DNA of 64,000 nucleotides from NCBI RefSeq assembly GCF_054482595.1, contig NZ_CM137008.1; one strand, 5' to 3'. Shown piece by piece: positions 58,561 to 64,000 of this stretch (position 1 is its first letter; each line of letters starts with the position of its first letter). The notes under the pieces were generated by a model. It saw only the letters and a program-made list of their open reading frames with translations, ran no database searches and was not told where the DNA came from. The position numbers and the translations under genes were made by a program.

Positions 58561-58619
58561 TCGCCAGTGAGATGATTAGCGCTATCGAGGGAGGTGTTGC
58601 GTCTTATCGACCTCTGTAG

Positions 58620-59156
58620 CTACCCAGCAACCCTCTCAACCATCCTCAAAATCTCCTCGCGCGATAGCGGCTTACGGTCGGTGACAAAATGCAGCGTCAT
58701 CCCCTCAATAAACGCATCAAGCGCGCGGGCGGTTCCGGGTTCAAACCATTGTTCGAGCGTTTGCTGACTGCGCTGCATCCAGTTTTGCATTACCGTTTTT
58801 AATAGCGGTTTTCGGCTAGCCAGCGCGTAGAGCTGGTACATCAGCTCCATGTTATCCGGCGTTGCCACCTGTGAGCTGTAGATCATATCGGTGATAGCCT
58901 GGCATGCGCCTTGAGCATCACTAACATCGCTAAAAAATGCCTGATATTGCCGGGACATGATCTCAGTAAAACTGCTGAACGCCTCCAGCAACAACTCATC
59001 AATTCCTGAAAAATAGTAGGTCATCGATCCCAACGGTACCCCGGCAAGGGTAGCAATTTTGCGGTGCGTAACAGCATGTATTCCGTAAAGTTTCACCGCC
59101 TCCAGCGTGGCCTGGATAATTTTTTCTCGCCGTTGCGGATCGTTAGCGCGACGCAT
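58620..59156 (-). CDS. rcdA: TetR-family transcriptional regulator RcdA
   Basis: [49 protein letters not shown]...; 178 aa after trimming the ORF-track extension. Confidence 0.93.
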   Translation of the reverse strand: MRRANDPQRREKIIQATLEAVKLYGIHAVTHRKIATLAGVPLGSMTYYFSGIDELLLEAFSSFTEIMSRQYQAFFSDVSDAQGACQAITDMIYSSQVATPDNMELMYQLYALASRKPLLKTVMQNWMQRSQQTLEQWFEPGTARALDAFIEGMTLHFVTDRKPLSREEILRMVERVAG

Positions 59157-59239
59157 GTCATTTCCTCTGTCTGCAATTGTGTACAAATGTACACAACCTT
59201 GCTAATGTTGTCTTCCCTCTTCTTATTTTGACGTGATCT

Positions 59240-60448
59240 ATGACCGTAAATTCTTCACGTAATGCATTGAAACGCCGAACCTGGGCGCTGTTTATGTTCT
59301 TCTTTTTGCCGGGCCTGTTAATGGCGTCCTGGGCAACCCGTACGCCTGCTATCCGCGATATTCTCTCTGTCTCGATCGCTGAAATGGGCGGTGTTCTCTT
59401 TGGTCTGTCGATCGGTTCGATGAGCGGTATTCTCTGCTCGGCGTGGTTAGTGAAACGCTTTGGGACACGTAATGTCATCCTGGTCACCATGTCCTGCGCA
59501 TTGGTCGGGATGATGATATTAAGTCTGGCACTCTGGCTGACATCGCCCCTGCTCTTTGCCGTTGGTCTCGGCGTCTTTGGGGCAAGTTTTGGTTCTGCGG
59601 AAGTGGCGATAAACGTTGAAGGTGCCGCCGTTGAGCGAGAAATGAATAAAACGGTTTTGCCGATGATGCACGGTTTTTATAGCCTGGGCACGCTGGCAGG
59701 CGCTGGTGTCGGGATGGCACTGACGGCCTTTGGCGTTCCGGCAACGGTGCACATTTTATTGGCGGCGCTGGTGGGCATCGCGCCTATATATATCGCCATT
59801 CAGGCAATCCCTGACGGTACGGGCAAAAATGCTGCCGATGGCACCCAGCATGGCGAAAAAGGCGTACCTTTTTATCGCGATATCCAGTTGCTGCTGATTG
59901 GTGTTGTGGTGCTGGCGATGGCCTTTGCCGAAGGTTCTGCCAACGACTGGTTACCCTTATTAATGGTTGACGGTCACGGTTTTAGCCCCACTTCCGGCTC
60001 GCTGATTTATGCCGGTTTTACCCTGGGGATGACCGTTGGACGCTTCACTGGCGGTTGGTTCATCGACCGTTACAGTCGCGTTGCCGTGGTTCGGGCCAGT
60101 GCGCTAATGGGGGCGTTGGGTATTGGGCTGATTATTTTTGTCGATAGCGCCTGGGTCGCTGGGGTGTCTGTTGTACTCTGGGGACTGGGTGCCTCGCTGG
60201 GCTTCCCGCTGACCATTTCTGCTGCCAGCGATACCGGCCCCGATGCACCAACCCGCGTCAGTGTGGTAGCAACGACCGGTTATCTGGCTTTCCTCGTCGG
60301 GCCGCCGCTGCTGGGCTATCTCGGCGAACATTATGGATTACGTAGTGCAATGCTGGTTGTACTGGCGCTGGTTATTCTCGCGGCTATTGTCGCGAAAGCC
60401 GTCGCCAAACCCGATACCAAAACGCAGACGGCGATGGAGAATAGTTGA
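59240..60448 (+). CDS. ybjJ: MFS transporter YbjJ
   Basis: 402-aa 12-TM ORF at the conserved position. Confidence 0.92.
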   Translation: MTVNSSRNALKRRTWALFMFFFLPGLLMASWATRTPAIRDILSVSIAEMGGVLFGLSIGSMSGILCSAWLVKRFGTRNVILVTMSCALVGMMILSLALWLTSPLLFAVGLGVFGASFGSAEVAINVEGAAVEREMNKTVLPMMHGFYSLGTLAGAGVGMALTAFGVPATVHILLAALVGIAPIYIAIQAIPDGTGKNAADGTQHGEKGVPFYRDIQLLLIGVVVLAMAFAEGSANDWLPLLMVDGHGFSPTSGSLIYAGFTLGMTVGRFTGGWFIDRYSRVAVVRASALMGALGIGLIIFVDSAWVAGVSVVLWGLGASLGFPLTISAASDTGPDAPTRVSVVATTGYLAFLVGPPLLGYLGEHYGLRSAMLVVLALVILAAIVAKAVAKPDTKTQTAMENS

Positions 60449-61260
60449 TGAGCATTAAATTAATTGCGGTAGACATGGATGGTACTTTCTTAAGCGATCA
60501 AAAAACCTATAACCGTGAGCGGTTTATGGCTCAGTATCAGCAAATGAAAGCACAAGGCATTCGCTTTGTGGTCGCCAGCGGGAATCAATATTATCAGTTG
60601 ATCTCTTTCTTCCCTGAAATTGCTAATGAAATTGCCTTTGTGGCTGAAAACGGCGGCTGGGTAGTGAGTGAAGGCAAAGATGTTTTTAATGGCGAGCTGT
60701 CGAAGGATGCGTTTACTACTGTCGTGGAACATTTGCTGACGCGCCCGGAAGTGGAAATTATTGCCTGCGGAATAAATAGCGCCTATACGCTCAAAAAATA
60801 TGACGATGCCATGAAAACGGTGGCGGAAATGTATTATCACCGTCTGGAATACGTCGATAACTTTGACAACTTAGAAGATATCTTCTTTAAGTTTGGCCTG
60901 AATCTTTCCGATGAACTAATTCCACAAGTACAAAAAGCATTACATGAGGCCATCGGCGATATTATGGTGCCGGTCCACACCGGCAACGGCAGTATCGATC
61001 TGATTATCCCCGGCGTACATAAAGCCAATGGCCTTCGCCAACTGCAGAAATTATGGGGAATAGACGACAGCGAAGTGGTGGTCTTTGGCGATGGCGGTAA
61101 CGATATTGAGATGCTGCGTCAGGCAGGCTTTAGTTTTGCAATGGAAAATGCCGGCAGCGCGGTCGTCGCAGCGGCAAAATACCGCGCAGGCTCCAATAAC
61201 CGTGAAGGCGTACTGGATGTGATCGATAAAGTGCTTAAACACGAAGCGCCATTTAACTAA
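60445..61260 (+). CDS. ybjI: HAD-family (Cof-type) phosphatase YbjI
   Basis: 271-aa ORF with HAD motif I (AVDMDGTF) and C-terminal GDGGND. Confidence 0.93.
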   Translation: MMSIKLIAVDMDGTFLSDQKTYNRERFMAQYQQMKAQGIRFVVASGNQYYQLISFFPEIANEIAFVAENGGWVVSEGKDVFNGELSKDAFTTVVEHLLTRPEVEIIACGINSAYTLKKYDDAMKTVAEMYYHRLEYVDNFDNLEDIFFKFGLNLSDELIPQVQKALHEAIGDIMVPVHTGNGSIDLIIPGVHKANGLRQLQKLWGIDDSEVVVFGDGGNDIEMLRQAGFSFAMENAGSAVVAAAKYRAGSNNREGVLDVIDKVLKHEAPFN

Positions 61261-61347
61261 TAAAACGGCAGCACGCCCGGCAACACAATACCTGAATGAA
61301 GGCTGCATAATTCGCGGAAATTAACCCGCTGCATTATTTCAGGCGAA

Positions 61348-61632
61348 ATGTTTATGAAAAATTGTCTACTGTTGGGCGCGCTTTTAATGGGCTTTACTGG
61401 TGTGGCGATGGCGCAAAGTGTCACCGTCGATGTGCCGAGTGGATACAAAGTGGTTGTGGTTCCTGATTCAGTCAGCGTTCCACAAGCGGTCAGCGTAGCG
61501 ACTGTGCCGCAAACCGTCTATGTGGCTCCTGCGCCAGCTCCGGCTTACCGCCCGCATCCTTATGTTCGCCATCTTGCCAGCGTAGGTGAAGGGATGGTTA
61601 TCGAACACCAGATTGACGACCATCACCATTAA
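61348..61632 (+). CDS. ybjH: Secreted small protein YbjH
   Basis: 94-aa ORF with signal peptide (MFMKNCLLLGALLMGFTGVAMA). Confidence 0.85.
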   Translation: MFMKNCLLLGALLMGFTGVAMAQSVTVDVPSGYKVVVVPDSVSVPQAVSVATVPQTVYVAPAPAPAYRPHPYVRHLASVGEGMVIEHQIDDHHH

Positions 61633-61672
61633 TTCGAGAATGCCTGATCGCACAAAGCAATCAGGCATTTTT

Positions 61673-62905
61673 TTACCCTTCGTGAGAATTTCCCATCTGT
61701 TTATCTTTTAAAAAGATAACCATCAGCGACAGCCACAAAATTCCGTTGACAAGGTTGAAGAGATTAAACAGTCCGTTGCCCCCGTTCAGCCAGGCATGTT
61801 TGCTGATTTCAATACCGACAGTAAAGATCAGCATTTGCAGCATTCCCATCGCCGCAGAAACCGTACCTTTACTCATATCGCTGGCAAACAGGGTTAATCG
61901 CACCAGTCCCGCATTCGCCAGACCAATACCGAAAGCATAAATACTTAACCCGGCAGTCATCCATAAATACGCGTGCGATGAGATAACCGTTGCCGCAGCA
62001 GCGACCAACAGACCAATCATAATCGGCCAGCCGCCCATAATAATCAGCGAACGTACGGTGCGGCGCGAGGTCAGACGCGCTAACAGCAAGTTACCCGCAA
62101 TTAACGCCCCGAAAATAGGCACTTGCAGCAAACCATATTCATAGCTGCTCAACTGCTCGCCGGTAATGATGATAATCGGCGACTGGGCGATCCACGCCAG
62201 CAACGGCAGGCTAACGAATCCCAGCGCCAGCGCCCCCGCCACAAAGCGACCGTTCTTCAGCACCAGCTTATAGTCACGACCGAGTTCTTTCAGCGACAGT
62301 TTCTCGCCTATACGCGTGGCGGTTTCAGGCATGGCTCGTTGCAGACCGAAAAAGGAGATCGCTGCCAATGCGGCAAACAAGATAAACATCCCTTCCCAGG
62401 GCAGCACATGGATCCACGCCGCGCCCACCAGTGGACCAAGTAGCGGAGCAATCAGCGCCACGTTCGCCATCAGCGCGGTGATCTTGATACAAACCGCCTC
62501 TTCGAAGGATTCCTGAATTGCGGCGTATCCCACAGCGCCAATGAAACAGAGGCTTATGCCCTGCAAGAAGCGCAACAGGGTGAATTGTTCAATGTTTTGC
62601 GCCAGTAATATTGCCAGACAGGTGACAATAAACCACACCACACCCGCCAGCATCACCGGACGGCGACCAATACGATCCGACAACGGCCCCAGAAGCCATT
62701 GTAAAAACATCCCGCCCGCCAGATATGCGGTCATCGAAGTAGGAACCCAATCAATGCCCGCCTGATATTGTTCCACCACGGCCAACATACCGGGTTGAAT
62801 CATATCGTTGCCGATATAGGTTGAAAATTCGTAAAGCACCAGACAGAGAGGGAAAAGTAACGCCTGACGTCCAAGCCTGGCACCGGAAGCTAATTTATTT
62901 TGCAT
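61673..62905 (-). CDS. mdfA: Multidrug efflux MFS transporter MdfA (Cmr)
   Basis: [40 protein letters not shown]...; 410 aa after trimming the ORF-track extension. Confidence 0.95.
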   Translation of the reverse strand: MQNKLASGARLGRQALLFPLCLVLYEFSTYIGNDMIQPGMLAVVEQYQAGIDWVPTSMTAYLAGGMFLQWLLGPLSDRIGRRPVMLAGVVWFIVTCLAILLAQNIEQFTLLRFLQGISLCFIGAVGYAAIQESFEEAVCIKITALMANVALIAPLLGPLVGAAWIHVLPWEGMFILFAALAAISFFGLQRAMPETATRIGEKLSLKELGRDYKLVLKNGRFVAGALALGFVSLPLLAWIAQSPIIIITGEQLSSYEYGLLQVPIFGALIAGNLLLARLTSRRTVRSLIIMGGWPIMIGLLVAAAATVISSHAYLWMTAGLSIYAFGIGLANAGLVRLTLFASDMSKGTVSAAMGMLQMLIFTVGIEISKHAWLNGGNGLFNLFNLVNGILWLSLMVIFLKDKQMGNSHEG

Positions 62906-63189
62906 GCAATTTCTTCGCCAATAATAATCGCGCAAAGTTTAATAAAAGCGCAGCTAACGAGAAAGCGAATTTTGTAGCTGAAACCGCGGTTAAGCACATT
63001 ATTACATTATTGCGAGTATAGCTACGCTTTCTTTAAGTTTTATTTAACCTATGCCCGTTACAATCACCCACCGTAAACAGGCCGCTTGAGGGAAATAAGA
63101 CGATGCCGCTTTACCCAGTTTAACCTGCACTTTATTCTCAACGACTTGCCTGTATTGGCTCCCTTTTAATCACTTTGCGTCGGGAAGTT

Positions 63190-63786
63190 ATGCTGGAAAA
63201 TTTGAATCTCTCTCTATTCTCTCTTATTAACGCGACGCCAGACTCGGCTCCGTGGATGATCTCGTTGGCGATTTTTATTGCTAAAGATTTGATTACCGTG
63301 GTGCCGTTGCTGGCCGCGGTACTTTGGTTGTGGGGGCTTACAGCACAACGGCAACTGGTGATAAAAATCGCTATCGCGCTGGCGGTCAGCCTGTTTGTGT
63401 CCTGGACGATGGGACATCTTTTTCCGCACGACCGACCATTTGTCGAAAATATCGGCTATAACTTCCTGCATCATGCGGCGGATGACTCATTCCCGAGCGA
63501 TCACGGTACGGTGATTTTCACCTTTGCACTGGCATTTTTATGCTGGCATCGCCTGTGGTCCGGCTCACTTTTAATGGTGCTGGCCGTCGTCATTGCCTGG
63601 TCGCGCGTTTATCTTGGCGTCCACTGGCCGCTGGATATGCTCGGTGGATTGCTGGCAGGTATGATTGGCTGCCTTAGTGCCCAGATTATCTGGCAAGCGA
63701 TGGGGCATAAACTCTATCAACGTCTGCAATCGTGGTATCGCGTCTGTTTTGCATTACCGATCCGCAAAGGCTGGGTGCGTGACTGA
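63190..63786 (+). CDS. ybjG: Undecaprenyl-pyrophosphate phosphatase YbjG (PAP2 family)
   Basis: MLENLNLSLFSLINATPDSAPWMISLAIF...; PAP2 motifs (PSDH, SRVYLGVHWPLD); 198 aa. Confidence 0.93.
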   Translation: MLENLNLSLFSLINATPDSAPWMISLAIFIAKDLITVVPLLAAVLWLWGLTAQRQLVIKIAIALAVSLFVSWTMGHLFPHDRPFVENIGYNFLHHAADDSFPSDHGTVIFTFALAFLCWHRLWSGSLLMVLAVVIAWSRVYLGVHWPLDMLGGLLAGMIGCLSAQIIWQAMGHKLYQRLQSWYRVCFALPIRKGWVRD

Positions 63787-63843
63787 TCTCTGCTAAAAAG
63801 TGTAGTATTGAGCGGCTCGCTTCAATAACTATTCAGAGGGATT

Positions 63844-64000
63844 ATGGAAACACGTCGCGAAGAGCGTATCGGGCAGCTGCTGCAAGAATTAAAACGCAGC
63901 GATAAGTTACATCTTAAAGACGCCGCCGCGCTGCTTGGGGTTTCGGAGATGACGATTCGTCGCGATCTGAACAACCACAGTGCGCCCGTCGTTTTGCTCG
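63844..64000 (+). CDS. deoR: Deoxyribose operon repressor DeoR, N-terminal part (runs off window end)
   Basis: METRREERIGQLLQELKRSDKLHLKDAAALLGVSEMTIRRDLNNHSAPVVLL: HTH region of DeoR; truncated by window edge. Confidence 0.9.
   Translation, partial: METRREERIGQLLQELKRSDKLHLKDAAALLGVSEMTIRRDLNNHSAPVVLL

Overview
This window is a stretch of Escherichia coli chromosome (Enterobacteriaceae backbone) running from serS through rarA-lolA-ftsK-lrp-trxB-cydDC-aat-infA-serW-clpAS-cspD-macAB-ybjX-ybjD-aqpZ-lysO-hcp-hcr-poxB-ltaE-ybjTS-amiD-ybjQ-ybjP-artPIQMJ-rlmC-ybjO-potFGHI-ybjN-rimK-nfsA-ybjC-grxA-ybjM-ybjL-rybB-rcdA-ybjJIH-mdfA-ybjG to deoR, in reverse orientation to the usual K-12 numbering. Gene identities and start sites were assigned by recognising the translated ORFs and trimming the N-terminal extensions in the ORF track to the starts of the known proteins; no searches were run. 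Most of the window is ordinary core genome. Against my recollection of K-12 gene order, three short insertions stand out, none with an integrase, IS element or obvious flanking direct repeats. (1) A visibly AT-rich islet between ybjQ and ybjP encodes a single 599-aa protein whose C-terminal half carries about 20 consecutive pentapeptide-like repeats; this is the strongest candidate for something undescribed, although it may be an EspX/PipB2-like effector relative. (2) A three-gene operon between artJ and rlmC encodes an ascorbate-family PTS IIC, a IIB and a cytoplasmic Cys-type sulfatase, with no EIIA or regulator, preceded by a long GATC-rich palindrome. (3) A lone WcaB/CysE-like hexapeptide acetyltransferase sits between the RybB sRNA gene and rcdA. 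Other features include an orphan type I-F CRISPR array remnant next to tRNA-Ser (serW), REP elements, and 39-bp in-frame tandem repeats in the ftsK linker.
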